The notes: a model not told the origin generated them from the letters alone. DNA of 64,000 bases from an uncultured delta proteobacterium (GCA_963745035.1 CAVUVW010000027.1:192001-256000); one strand, 5' to 3'. Shown: positions 40,487 to 51,106, counted from the first letter of the stretch. Numbers and translations are program-made.

Positions 40487-41276
40487 CGCTCGGCGCCGGG
40501 GATGGATGGGCGTTTCGCGGCGGGGATACCACGCGTCACGAAGTCGGCCGTCGCTCGGCCGATGCAGTCATACAGCTTGGCAGCAACCTCGCGGCTTTTC
40601 TCACCCTCCCCAGCCCGCAGATCCAGCGCACCGCTCTCGGCCCAATGACGCATGATGCCATGGCGGCGGAACAGCGGCACGTCGTTGACATCCGCTAGCT
40701 CTCGCAGCGTGGCGCGATAGGGCTCGAAGTGGATCACTGCGTCGGTCGCGCGCGAAAACTGCATGCTCATCAATACTATTTCGGCCCCGGCGGCGCGAAC
40801 TTTGTCGATTCCGGTCTGCACCGTTTCCCGGAACTCGTCAATGTCGGTCCCGCGAACGGCTTCCATCGTGCCGGTCTCCCAGATCACAAGCGTCGGCTTC
40901 AAGGGTAGTACGTCACGATCCAGGCGCTCGGCTCCCTGCTTCGCCGTCTGCCGCCCTACTGCGAGGTTGATCACCTTGATCCGCTTAGACGGAAAATTTT
41001 CGGAGAGCGCCGCGGCCATACGCGCGGGCCATGCGAGTTCGGGCCCGCCTGCCGCGACTCCCATGGTAGAGGCTCCGCCGAGCGCGACGATGACGACTTC
41101 TCGGCGGCCGGCGAGCGCTTTGGCTGTCTTTGCCAAGGGCGGCGCAAACGCGTAGAAGCGCTCGGGCACAGGGCACTCCCGCTCCTGGGCGAGATGCGCC
41201 TGCGACCGTGCATAGAAGCCCAACGGCCATAGCCGCTATCGGGACCATGCGAGTTGCGGGGAAAGACAGGGATCAT
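40483..41276 (-). CDS. SGNH/GDSL-like protein (degenerate), frameshifted N-terminus
   Basis: LGGAST, WETGT and MRHW; paralog of the adjacent SGNH gene but lacks DxxH. Confidence 0.7.
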
Positions 41277-41279
41277 CCT

Positions 41280-42461
41280 CGTGCTCCTTTGCTCGCCGTC
41301 GGCGCCCCAAGGGCGCCGCCGCTGCGGCGTGCCCTGTGCGGCGACAAACCACTCCAGCAGCGCGGCGACGGCGATCATGATGACGACGCCTGCCGCATCG
41401 ATACGGCAAACTGCATGGCAAGACCGCCGAAGAATTCATTGAGCACCAGGTGGCCCAAGACCGAGAGCAGGATGCCGAGGCAGAAGATATAGAGGGAGTT
41501 GCGCCCGCAGACGAGGAAAGGCCATGCGGCCGAGCTGGTCAAAAACCGCGCCTGCTGGCGGATCAGGCTCGCGGCGAGCAGCGCGACCGCGAGCACGTTC
41601 ACTAGGCGAAGAAGTCCCAGATCCGTTTTGCTCAAGAACGACCATAACGGTTTGCGCTGACCAAGACTGGAAGCGGATCATAGAAGCCGTGCAGTGTCCA
41701 GTTGAACCGAATCACGAACCCCGCCAGTGAGAGCGCTGCGGCCAGCCAGAACAGCCAGCGACTGCCGAGCCAGGAAACCCCACCACGAAGGTTGCGCCAG
41801 CCAAACCATGCGCCCAGCATGAAAGAGCGCCTGCCAGGCGAACGGATTTAAGAACCATACCCGATCCGGGCCGGGATACGCCGACAGCGCGATTCGATTG
41901 TCGAACTGCACCGCCAGCCACAGCGCGAACGAGACCAAGCATATCACCGCCGGCCAGGATCGGAACCCGACTCAGCACGACGGGGAGAACCGCCAGCAGC
42001 ACAATGTAGAGCGGCAGGATGTCCATGAAGGCGGGTTGGAACTGCAGTATCAACGCCTGGACCAGCGCCAAGCCGGGCTCGTTCAGAAAATTGGTGGCGC
42101 CAAACTCCTCGCTATAAAGCGATTTGTTGAGGGTACCCTCGGTGTAGGCCACCACCGCCAGGAATACCATGAACAGAAATATGTGGGCGACGTAGAGCTG
42201 CCAAACCCGGTGGTATACGCGAACGCCGGCGGCAAGGAAACCCTGACGCTCCAGGGCGCGACCGTACACCATGCCGGCGGTATAGCCGGAGATCAGGATG
42301 AAGACCTCGGCAGCATCGGCGAACATCACCGATTGAAGTGTAAACGCCGCCAGGATGTTGTTCGGGAGATGATCGAGAAAGATGCAGAAGAGGGCGAGAC
42401 CGCGGAAGAAATCAAGCCGGAGGTCGCGCTCCATAGCCAAAGGATGACTCGCGACAGCCAT
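41280..42461 (-). CDS. opgC: OpgC domain membrane protein, frameshifted
   Basis: RDLRLDFFRGLAL, DAAEVF, DILPLY, NPFAWQ, K.DL..LR and GRNSL motifs; 3' end approximate. Confidence 0.85.
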
Positions 42462-42635
42462 CAGATCAACTCCGCGTCAAAAACACAGCGTATGAAAAGC
42501 AGCCTCGACAAACGCTCTACCGGAATATTCCTATCGGATATCGGCGCCAATTTAAACCCGATCGGTGCCATCGATAGGGTATCGATTTCGGATCGCGGAC
42601 TTGCCGAAGACAGGAGGGACGATTGCCGCGTCACC

Positions 42636-42704
42636 CACGAGTTCATGAAGGGCTCGCTCTATCACGTGACGGCGCGTGGCAACGATTCAACATGCAAGTG
42701 CTGA
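42636..42704 (+). pseudogene. tiny relic of a Y1/REP-associated tyrosine transposase N-terminus
   Basis: EF..GSLYHVTARGN resembles the RAYT N-terminal motif G..YHVT.RGN; truncated immediately after. Confidence 0.4.
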
Positions 42705-42827
42705 TCCAATGCTTTAAATGTGTTCAGCGCGCCGCGCGCACATGAACTACGCCGACTCCTTGCAAGCATATCGTTTCTTCACCGAGGCGCCGCTATCTCG
42801 TCAGGCAGCGGGATAGCGGCGGATGCC

Positions 42828-43582
42828 TCAGAGGATGGCGGCCAGTTTGCCGATCGCCTGCGACGCCCCTTGTCGATGGGATCGCCGTGGCCGAAAACGG
42901 CGCGCTGGAACGTGAGCTTCGCGAGCTTCTTCACACTCTGGTGCGCCTGGGCCATGTCGGCGGTGTACTGGGGATTAGGACCGGCGAGTTTGTTGCCGGT
43001 GTTGTTCATGGCGTCGCCCAGGATGAGCAGCGACCCCGCCGGATCGAACACACATACGTGACCCAGTGTATGGCCGGGCGTCGCGATCACGCGTAGGCCG
43101 AACACTTCGTCGTTGTCAGCGACAGCCTTGAGCGGGCGCGGCGACTTGATTTGCGGGATGTCCGCAGCGCCGGCGTATGCCGTCGCCTTGGCGGCCGCGC
43201 CTAGCACTTCTCCTACGCTGCCAATGTGATCGGGATGATAGTGAGTCAGGATGACGTGGTGAACCGCGTCCCAACTCAGGCCCGCGGTGCGAACGACGTC
43301 CGCGATCTTCGACGCGTTGCCGGCCGTGCCCGTGTCGACGACCGCCGCCTCCTTCCCGCGTACAAGAACGTAGGCGTTAACGAAACCCAGGTTGACCTGA
43401 AGGGCTTGGGCTGGTCCCAGATTCTGCGCGTGGGCGATCCCGGTTGCGAGATTGCGGTCGCCGATGGCGATACTCCATCCGCTGCGCCCGAAACCGAAAT
43501 TGAGCTCGTTCCATACGGCGAAACTGCCGACGGCGACCTGTGCCAACCACGTTCGGCGACTGATTTGTTGAGCTTTCTCCAT
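42828..43582 (-). CDS. MBL-fold metallo-hydrolase with Tat-like signal
   Basis: SRRTWL, VDTG, THYHPDH, TPGHT, GD and GHG motifs; C-terminal frameshift likely (ORF track ends at 42779). Confidence 0.85.
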
Positions 43583-43699
43583 TGAGTACCTCCAGACTTC
43601 AAGACAAGCCCTTCTTATGCACGCGTATCGGAAAACATTCAGGACTGTCTCGTCTCATCCTTCGAAAGTCAATTCTGTGGACGAGCAAACTAGATATGT

Positions 43700-44748
43700 A
43701 ATGCTTATACGGTTGTTTCAGCAAGCCCCAATAGGTTGTGTGTTTATCCATGATTGAAAGTTTTGGCCAAATCCTGAGCGCCTCGAATGCGGCCGTAAGC
43801 TGTAGGCCGCTGTTGAGTTCCCAGACCGAGCAAGGTCTGGAAAGCGGCCATGGGTTGGTGACGCCGATTGTGGCGAAAAACAAACTCATCGAGGTAAACC
43901 TGGAGTTGCCCGCGGCTGACACCGTGGTAGGTGCCGATCAACCATTGCTGGAGGTTGCCCATAGCGCGGTCAGCCAAGGGCACCACCGATTTGGCTCCCT
44001 TGCGCAATTCGTTTGTCTTCGGTTGCACCCGCGCGATGTGCCGATACCCGCTTTGGTCCAAACCCGTGAAACTCTTCAGAGCATCGGTGTAGAGGGTCGA
44101 GCCAGGAGCAATGTGCTTGTGGATAAATCCACTAAGCGTGGTTGCTTTAAAGTCTGGGATCACACCCATTCGCACTCGCCCCGACGCCTTGCCGCGTTTC
44201 TCAACGGCCACCAGGACAAGAGCGGCTCGACGCCCTTTAAGTTGACGACTACCACGCAATCCCACCTGGGGACCGCCGATCCAAGCTTCATCAATCTCTA
44301 CCTCTCCATGCAGAGGCTCGCGGGCCAAGTTGACCATCGCTCGGCGCAGCTTGTGAAGCATCATCCAGGCCGTTTCGTAACGCTTCAGTTCCAGTTGACG
44401 CTGGAGCAAAAGCGCAGAAATCCCACGCTTATCAGTCGTCATCAGGTACGTCGCCCAAAACCACAAGACCAACGATATTTTGGTGTTGTGGAGAATAGTC
44501 CCCGAGGTCAGAGACACCTGATGTCGACACGCGGCACACTGCCAGAGTCGCCTCAGGACATACGCGCGCTGGTTCCCGCACCGTGGACACTTAAATCCGT
44601 CTGGCCAACGGCACATAGCCAGATACTCCTGACAGGCCTCTTCGCTAGCGAACTGCCGCTGGAATTCTCGCACACTACGGGGAAACGCGGGCCGTGCCAT
44701 GCCCGCACACTATATGTTGGGTTTTGCTGAAACAACCGTATAAGCATT
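43700..44748 (-). mobile_element. IS1595-family insertion sequence (1049 bp) with TIRs and 8-bp TSD
   Basis: Perfect 25-bp TIR AATGCTTATACGGTTGTTTCAGCAA at both ends; flanking direct repeat AGATATGT at 43692-43699 and 44749-44756 (alternatively 10-bp TAGATATGTA with ends one base inward). Confidence 0.93.
43744..44700 (-). CDS. IS1595 family DDE transposase
   Basis: RWPDGFKCPRC...QCAAC zinc ribbon; VEIDE, TD and YLDEFVFRHNRR motifs. Confidence 0.95.
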   Translation of the reverse strand: MARPAFPRSVREFQRQFASEEACQEYLAMCRWPDGFKCPRCGNQRAYVLRRLWQCAACRHQVSLTSGTILHNTKISLVLWFWATYLMTTDKRGISALLLQRQLELKRYETAWMMLHKLRRAMVNLAREPLHGEVEIDEAWIGGPQVGLRGSRQLKGRRAALVLVAVEKRGKASGRVRMGVIPDFKATTLSGFIHKHIAPGSTLYTDALKSFTGLDQSGYRHIARVQPKTNELRKGAKSVVPLADRAMGNLQQWLIGTYHGVSRGQLQVYLDEFVFRHNRRHQPMAAFQTLLGLGTQQRPTAYGRIRGAQDLAKTFNHG

Positions 44749-45229
44749 AGATATGTAGCGCCTGTCTAACCTGCTGGACCAACACTGCGGGCGGCAATGA
44801 AGCGTCCAGACTGAGCGCGCTTTGTGGTGTTTCTAGTGTGGCAAGCTGATTTTCGAGCAGTGACGGGTTCATGAAATGACCCTTGCGGTGTTCCAGCCGG
44901 CGCCGTATCACGTCTGGCGTTGCCGCTAACTGAACAAAGACGACGTCCTCGTTCACACGCAAGCGCGCGCGATAGTGCCGCTTTAAAGCAGAACAAGCCA
45001 GAATGCCGTTCTCATTATTCTCCAAAGCCGCCTGAATAACAGCGCGCAATGCGTCAAGCCATGATCGCCGATCCGTATCCGTCAATGGCTGGCCTCGACG
45101 CATCTTTTCAATATTGCCTGCAGGATGGAATTCATCCCCTTCGTAGAACCGCCAGCCGAGCTCTTGTGCCAGAAGCTTGCCGACCGTGGTTTTTCCCACG
45201 CCGGCTACGCCCATGAAAATGATAAACAT
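44747..45229 (-). CDS. gntK: gluconokinase (GntK/IdnK family)
   Basis: MGVAGVGKTT, EGDEFHP..NIEKM, LTDTDR, ACSALKR and HFM..SLL..Q..TLE motifs. Confidence 0.9.
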   Translation of the reverse strand: MFIIFMGVAGVGKTTVGKLLAQELGWRFYEGDEFHPAGNIEKMRRGQPLTDTDRRSWLDALRAVIQAALENNENGILACSALKRHYRARLRVNEDVVFVQLAATPDVIRRRLEHRKGHFMNPSLLENQLATLETPQSALSLDASLPPAVLVQQVRQALHI

Positions 45230-45445
45230 GGTGCTTGCGTGGTAGCATGCCATGGAATGGCGAGTGACTCTACGGCGGGTCGCGGAAAAGCACTGACCAA
45301 GTCTTTTGCAATGATATTTGCAGTGGACTCGACCCGCTACGACTGCTCACCAATGAACCGACCACGCTATCCGCAAGGGCGTTTGACAGAAGTCAGAATG
45401 TTAGCCATTTTATAGGGGATAACTTACGCCCCGGGAGAGGAAGCT

Positions 45446-46351
45446 ATGAAGACACTGCGATTGGAAACCACTGCGCCGTTCCAAGGCTTGGCTGAGCTTG
45501 TGGCCTATGACGAGGGCCTGTTCGAGAAGGAAGGCATCCAGATCGAGTGGATGGACCGCGAGAAGGGCGTCGACAAGAGCCCGCAGCTGAACATCACGGA
45601 TCACAAGGAAGCCTCGCGCTACACGAGCCACGGCAAAATGATGGAGCAGGGCCAGGCCGACCTCTACAACGCTTGCGAATGGGGCAATTTCTCGCGCGTT
45701 GAAACCACCGACGTCGGCAGTCGGCAGATGGGCCGTCGCTCCATGGTGAATTTCGCTGGGATCGTGGTCCGAGCAGATTCGCCGGTGCAGGTGCCTCAGC
45801 AATTCGCCAACGTGCAGATCGGCGTTCCTTTTTACAGCGGCACACACTATCTGTGTTTGCAGATGCTGGAAGGCTTCGTGCCGCGCGAGCTGATCAAGAT
45901 CGGCCGCGTGCCGAATGGCTCCAATTATCGCTTCAAGATGCTCATGGATAAGACGATCGAAGCGACGACTCTGACCGAACCGTATATTTCGTTAGCCGAG
46001 AAAATGGGTTGTCGCGTCGTCATCTCGGCTTTCCATCACGGCACCGACGTGGCTTCGGCCCGTGTCGATGCCGAAACTTACGCCGCCTTCAACCGCGCGA
46101 TCCGCGAAGCCGTGCGGCGCATCATGGCGAACAAGCGCGCCTATCTGCACTACTTCATCGACTATTACCGCGATCGCGATCCGCAGATCAGTCAGCTCAC
46201 CATCGACGATCTGCGCGAGAGCCGCCTCTATCTGGTCGACCCGGCACCGATACCGGCCGATGAGCTGCAACGCACCTACGACTGGATGAAGAGTTGGGAT
46301 TTTCTCGAGACCGCGCCCTGCGCGGCGAATCTCGTCAATATGAACGCGTAG
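45446..46351 (+). CDS. SsuA/THI5-like periplasmic-binding-fold protein lacking signal peptide
   Basis: VAYDEGLFEKEG, ACEWG and EPY..LAEK.G motifs; polar N-terminus. Confidence 0.7.
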   Translation: MKTLRLETTAPFQGLAELVAYDEGLFEKEGIQIEWMDREKGVDKSPQLNITDHKEASRYTSHGKMMEQGQADLYNACEWGNFSRVETTDVGSRQMGRRSMVNFAGIVVRADSPVQVPQQFANVQIGVPFYSGTHYLCLQMLEGFVPRELIKIGRVPNGSNYRFKMLMDKTIEATTLTEPYISLAEKMGCRVVISAFHHGTDVASARVDAETYAAFNRAIREAVRRIMANKRAYLHYFIDYYRDRDPQISQLTIDDLRESRLYLVDPAPIPADELQRTYDWMKSWDFLETAPCAANLVNMNA

Positions 46352-46510
46352 AAGCCGGCGCGAGCGGGCTGGCTGGGCTGGTCAGCCGTTCCGCCGTTCA
46401 TCCGCTGCGCTCGGTTAAAACCGTTCAAGAAATAGGCGCGGAGTTTCAGAGACCAGCGCTGGTTCTATGGTCTCGATGTGGGCGGAACCGAGGACACAAT
46501 CTTCTGCGGC

Positions 46511-47734
46511 CTAGCGCCACAGTTCTCGGCTCGCTAATTTTGCTCCCTCGCTCAAAGCGTAAAGTTTGGCAAGGGCCAGATTCGCATCGGGAAAGTGGCG
46601 CAAGCCGCAATCGGTGCAGGCGATGACGTTTTCTTTGCCGATGAGTTTGGCAAAGCGGACGATGCGTTCGGCCACCAGCTCCGGATGTTCGATAAAATAG
46701 GTTGTGTCGTCGATCACTCCGGGAAAGAGAATTTTTCCCTCCGGCAGTTTTCGTGCCTCCCAGATCTTCCACTCGTGAGCATGGCGCGGATTGGCCGACT
46801 CGATGGTGATGCCCGTGGCTTGGGCCTTAAGCACGATGTCGATGATGTCGCTCAGCGCGATGTCCCGGTGGTGCGGTCCTTCGTAGTTGCCCCAGCAAAT
46901 ATGGATGCGTACTTGCTCGGGTGGAATCGTCTTGAGCGCGTAATTGAGACATTCGACATGCTGCTCGATGACCTTGCGAAATTGTTTGACGTTTAGGTCG
47001 GCGTAGTCCGTGTTGGCGCCGGAAGCGAGGTCCGGGCAATCGAGTTGCAAGACGAAACCCGCCGCGACGATCGCTTGATATTCCCGGCGCATGACATCAG
47101 CGACTGCCTGCAAATAAGTTTCTTCATCGGCATAGTATTCGTTCCTGAAAAAACGCGCGAAACAACCGGGTGACAAGGCCGACATGAAAACGTCGTGCGG
47201 ATGCGCCGTCGCAGCCGCCGCCGCGAGCCGGGCGATGTCGATTTCCACGGCGGCGAAGTCGCACCAGTTCAGCGGGCCGGCGCAGACGTAAGCCACGCCG
47301 CTGTTGTCGTGAGCGTCGCTCTGGCTGCGGGCAAGGTCATGAAACTCGGCGATGTCGGTCCGGAAGTGCCGTGGCGCGCCTTCGATATCGCTCCTCGCTA
47401 ACCCGGTTTCGCGCGGACGAACGATTCCTCGATCGACGCTCCAGGGCGCGGCGCCGTGTGCCCGGGAGCGAGCTATCTTTTCGAGACCGCCAACGCGGTG
47501 CACGACATAGTCATTCCACGAAGTTTTACTGAGCTCGCCGTCGTCGACAATATCGACGCCGACTTCAATTTGCTGCCGCACTACTGCGTCGATGCCGCTC
47601 GTCAGTGCCGCGTCATGCGCTGCCTGATCATAGGTTTCACCGCGGCGCTTTGCCGCAAGACCGCGGCGAACCAACTCCGGCAACGGCAGGCTGCCGGTGT
47701 GGGTGGTGAGAATGCGCTCGGTACTGCGCTTCAA
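46511..47734 (-). CDS. cobalamin-independent methionine synthase II (single-barrel MetE-like) family protein
   Basis: ILTTHTGSLP, DGE, LQLD.P, HICWGN, E.ANPRH and DCG Zn ligands; TTG start after GAGGAG. Confidence 0.88.
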   Translation of the reverse strand: MKRSTERILTTHTGSLPLPELVRRGLAAKRRGETYDQAAHDAALTSGIDAVVRQQIEVGVDIVDDGELSKTSWNDYVVHRVGGLEKIARSRAHGAAPWSVDRGIVRPRETGLARSDIEGAPRHFRTDIAEFHDLARSQSDAHDNSGVAYVCAGPLNWCDFAAVEIDIARLAAAAATAHPHDVFMSALSPGCFARFFRNEYYADEETYLQAVADVMRREYQAIVAAGFVLQLDCPDLASGANTDYADLNVKQFRKVIEQHVECLNYALKTIPPEQVRIHICWGNYEGPHHRDIALSDIIDIVLKAQATGITIESANPRHAHEWKIWEARKLPEGKILFPGVIDDTTYFIEHPELVAERIVRFAKLIGKENVIACTDCGLRHFPDANLALAKLYALSEGAKLASRELWR

Positions 47735-47765
47735 TGTAAATTTCTCCTCGGCGGTCTCTCCCTGA

Positions 47766-48953
47766 TCAACGCCACAGCTCGCGGGTCGCCAATCGGGCGC
47801 CTTCCGCCAAGGCGGCGAACTTGAGGTAAGCCACGCTCGGATGAGTGTCGTTGAACCGCAGGGCGGAAGCGGCAAAGCCGCAGTCGGCGCCGGCGATGAC
47901 GTTCTCGCGGCCGACGAGCTTGGCGAAGCGCACGATACGTTCGGCGATCAATTCCGGATGTTCTACCAGGTTGGTGGTGTGGCTGATGACGCCCGGTATG
48001 AGGATTTTACCGTCGGGGAGCTTCACGCGTTCGAAGACATGGTATTCGTGTTCGTGGCGCGGGTTCGCCGCTTCGAACGAGTAGGCGCCGGCGTTGATCT
48101 TCAGCATGATATCGATGATGTCCTTGAGATCCATTTCGTGGATGCGCGGGCCGACGTCGATGCTGTAGCAGGTATGGAAGCGGACTTTTTCGGGCGGGAT
48201 GCCGCGGAGCGAATCATTGATCGCCTCGACGCGCTCGGACGCCCACTTTCTGCAGTCTGCGACGCTGAGCTCCGGGTGCATCATGTAATAGGTGACCAGG
48301 CGCGGATCATCGATCTGGAGAATAAATCCGGCTTCGACAATCGCCTTGTACTCTTCGCGCATCGCGTCGGATACGGCTTGCTCGTACTCTTCGTGGGTGC
48401 GGTAGTATTCGTTGGCAAACGTGGCGGCGACATAGGAAGACGCGATCGCAGGCATGAAGACGTCTTCGTGGGCGCGACCCTTTACTGCCGCCTTCAGATT
48501 GGCAATGTCCGTCTGCACGGCCTCGTGGCCTCGATAGCTGACCGGCCCCGTGCACGTGTCAACACTGTTTGCGCGCCCGCCGCTGCGGCCGCCAAACGGC
48601 TCGGCGATGCGCTCTGACCAAGCGTAATAGTCGGGAAAAGAGAGATATTCCCGGCCGGCCGCTCGCGGTCGCACTGTCCCAGGAGCGATAGGCTTGCGCT
48701 CGAAGCCGGTGAAGCGCTCGATAATGTAACTGAAAAAGCCCGATTTGCCCTGCTCGCCGTCGGTGACGATATCGATGCCCGCTTCGACTTGTTTCCGGAC
48801 AACCTGCTCAACGGACTCGCGCACAACCCTTGCGAGTTCGTCGCGGTCGTGGGGCTTCCCTTCCTCGCGCAGGCGAAGAAGCGCCGTCAAGGAATCGGAC
48901 CGGGCCAAGCTGCCCACATGAGTGGTGAGAATTCTCTCCGTGCTCTGCTTCAT
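47766..48953 (-). CDS. cobalamin-independent methionine synthase II family protein (tandem paralog)
   Basis: ILTTHVGSL, DGEQGK, FHTCY, FEAANPRH and DCGF motifs. Confidence 0.9.
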   Translation of the reverse strand: MKQSTERILTTHVGSLARSDSLTALLRLREEGKPHDRDELARVVRESVEQVVRKQVEAGIDIVTDGEQGKSGFFSYIIERFTGFERKPIAPGTVRPRAAGREYLSFPDYYAWSERIAEPFGGRSGGRANSVDTCTGPVSYRGHEAVQTDIANLKAAVKGRAHEDVFMPAIASSYVAATFANEYYRTHEEYEQAVSDAMREEYKAIVEAGFILQIDDPRLVTYYMMHPELSVADCRKWASERVEAINDSLRGIPPEKVRFHTCYSIDVGPRIHEMDLKDIIDIMLKINAGAYSFEAANPRHEHEYHVFERVKLPDGKILIPGVISHTTNLVEHPELIAERIVRFAKLVGRENVIAGADCGFAASALRFNDTHPSVAYLKFAALAEGARLATRELWR

Positions 48954-49017
48954 GTGATTTCTTTTCAATTCGCTGTTGATGTAATTGCTGCTGGATACCA
49001 AGAAAAGGCAACAAACC

Positions 49018-49440
49018 TTATTCTTGAGGCTTGAAGCGCTCTGTGGGAACTACTGCCATGACTTCGAGTTCCACCATCAGATCGGGGTGCGCTAAACGGA
49101 CGACACCGATGAGTGCGCTGGTCGGAAGATCCGACTTGAAAAACTTAGCGCGTTCGTCGCTCACCCGATGATACTCTTCTACATCGGTCGTAAACGTTGT
49201 CGTCTTGACCACGTCGGCGTAGTCGCCGCCAACTGCGCGTAGGGCACGGCCAATATTCTCGCAGCACTGTCTCAGTTGCGCTCGCATATCGCCGCGATGA
49301 ACCGGCTGGGCATCTACTTCGCTGCGGGAGGTCATGCCGGCAATAAACACCAACGTGCCTCCTGTGACAGCGACGACTTGCGAATGGGATTTTCGAACGG
49401 GCAGGTCTTTCGGTTGAACGATTCTTTTTGAATTGGCCAT
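49018..49440 (-). CDS. Rid (YjgF/YER057c) family protein
   Basis: VFIAG, Q, DVVK and PTS...V.RLAHPDLMVELE motifs. Confidence 0.88.
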   Translation of the reverse strand: MANSKRIVQPKDLPVRKSHSQVVAVTGGTLVFIAGMTSRSEVDAQPVHRGDMRAQLRQCCENIGRALRAVGGDYADVVKTTTFTTDVEEYHRVSDERAKFFKSDLPTSALIGVVRLAHPDLMVELEVMAVVPTERFKPQE

Positions 49441-49459
49441 ACGCTTTTCCCCGGCATTC

Positions 49460-50482
49460 TTACGGATTGAAACCCAATATTTTGTTGACCTCGATGACGG
49501 CTCTGTTGACCAGATCAACGTCGTTTTGACTGAGATAAATCACGTCTTTCCCTTGCACGTAGTCATACATTTTCGTTCCCGGGACGAAAGCTGAACTCTG
49601 ACCGTTGTGGCGCTCCCATATCGATTGAGCGTCGGGTGTAAGCAGAAAAGATGCGAAGAGATGCGCCGCATTCGTCCGGCGCGAGCCTTTAAGTACGCCT
49701 ACGTGATAGGCGGGCGCGACCACGGGTTGGACCTGGGCGTGTTCCAAAGGAGCGCCTTCTTTCTGCGCGCGAATGATGAAGCTGTTCGTCAAGGTTGTGG
49801 TCAACGCAATTTCACCGATCTGCAGCCGGGTATAGAGCTCACCCAATTTTCCCGGCACCGGATTTTGCTTCGCTAATGCCCGCCCGAAGTCGAGAAACTT
49901 TTTCTCGCCCCATCGAATCGCGAGATAGTCGATGTGTCCCACGCCCGTGACCATGCCGAGCTTTCCCTTCCACTTGGGATCGAGGAGATCCTCCCATCGT
50001 TTCGGAATGTCTTTCGGATCCATGTTCTTCGAGTTGTAGGCCGGCAAAACGACCTGATTCGCGAAAGAAACCGTGCCGTTGTTGTAGTGAATCGCCTTTT
50101 CGCTCACTCCCAGGCGTCTGTAATCGAATGGGACGTGAAGTTTGCGCTTCCAAATCGATCCGTGAAGCGCGTCAATGAGAACCATAACATCCCACTGCGG
50201 AGGGTTCCCCGCGGCGGCTTCGCTGATGTATTTACTGACATCCGCCGTCATACTGCCCGATGGGGAATAGTTGACTCTGATATCGGTGCTGAACCTTTTG
50301 TTGAACGCCTCCTCGAGCTGCTTTGTCCCTTGCGCGGTCAACGTGCCGGGCGCGTAGAATTCGAGCGGGCCTTCCTTTTTGGCTGCGGCAATGACCTGTT
50401 CTACGGTCGCTGCGTTCAATTTCAAGCTGGGAAAGAAAAGAGGTGAAACAAACAGAAGCGAAAAAAATGCCAACGTTCTCAT
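49460..50482 (-). CDS. ABC-type extracellular solute-binding protein
   Basis: Signal peptide; AAKKEG, WEDLLDPKWKGK and AAHLF..FLLT..AQ motifs. Confidence 0.85.
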   Translation of the reverse strand: MRTLAFFSLLFVSPLFFPSLKLNAATVEQVIAAAKKEGPLEFYAPGTLTAQGTKQLEEAFNKRFSTDIRVNYSPSGSMTADVSKYISEAAAGNPPQWDVMVLIDALHGSIWKRKLHVPFDYRRLGVSEKAIHYNNGTVSFANQVVLPAYNSKNMDPKDIPKRWEDLLDPKWKGKLGMVTGVGHIDYLAIRWGEKKFLDFGRALAKQNPVPGKLGELYTRLQIGEIALTTTLTNSFIIRAQKEGAPLEHAQVQPVVAPAYHVGVLKGSRRTNAAHLFASFLLTPDAQSIWERHNGQSSAFVPGTKMYDYVQGKDVIYLSQNDVDLVNRAVIEVNKILGFNP

Positions 50483-50680
50483 CTTCAAATTCTCCTCGCA
50501 ATGGCTCTGCAACGGACCCAATAATTTGGTGTGAAGAACGTGGCTACTGACTTATGCCATGCCCGACTGCCTGTCAATCGAGATCGATGGTTGCGCGCTT
50601 TGCTTGAGTTAACGAAAGATGTTTGGCTTTTTATTTCGCTTTATATAGCGTAACGGGAGTTCAAGAGGGGAGAGGGAGAT

Positions 50681-51106
50681 ATGGCTAACGCCAACAAGAA
50701 AATAGTTCAACCAAAAGACCTACCCAAGCGGGCGACGCATTCTCAAGTCGTAACCGTGACCGGCGGAGTGCTCGTTTTCATCGCCGGCATGACTTCGAGA
50801 AGCGAAAAAGACGCGGCGCCCGTCCACGCCGGCGACATGCGCGCACAGGTTCGTCAAATTTGCGAGAACCTCGCCCGGGCTTTGCGGTCGGTTGGCGGCG
50901 AATTCTCCGACATCGTAAAGACGACGATTTTCACTACCGACGTTGATGAGTTCCGCAATGCGAATGAGGTCCGTTACGAATACTTTCAATCAGACTACCC
51001 GACCGGCTCGCTCATTGGTGTGAAGCGTCTCGCTCATCCCGACCTCATGGTCGAAATCGAAGCGATGGCGGTCATCCCGCCTGATCGGTTCAAGCCTGTA
51101 GAGTAG
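50681..51106 (+). CDS. Rid family protein (close paralog of 49018-49440)
   Basis: IVQPKDLP, SQVV.VTGG, FIAGMTSRSE and RLAHPDLMVE shared with the paralog. Confidence 0.88.
   Translation: MANANKKIVQPKDLPKRATHSQVVTVTGGVLVFIAGMTSRSEKDAAPVHAGDMRAQVRQICENLARALRSVGGEFSDIVKTTIFTTDVDEFRNANEVRYEYFQSDYPTGSLIGVKRLAHPDLMVEIEAMAVIPPDRFKPVE

Noticed and set aside
41898-42635. Main body of the 268-aa plus-strand ORF (41898-42704)
   Set aside because: Mostly antisense to opgC; only the last codons resemble a transposase relic, reported separately
43738-44730. 330-aa plus-strand ORF spanning the IS
   Set aside because: Antisense shadow of the transposase with no recognisable motifs
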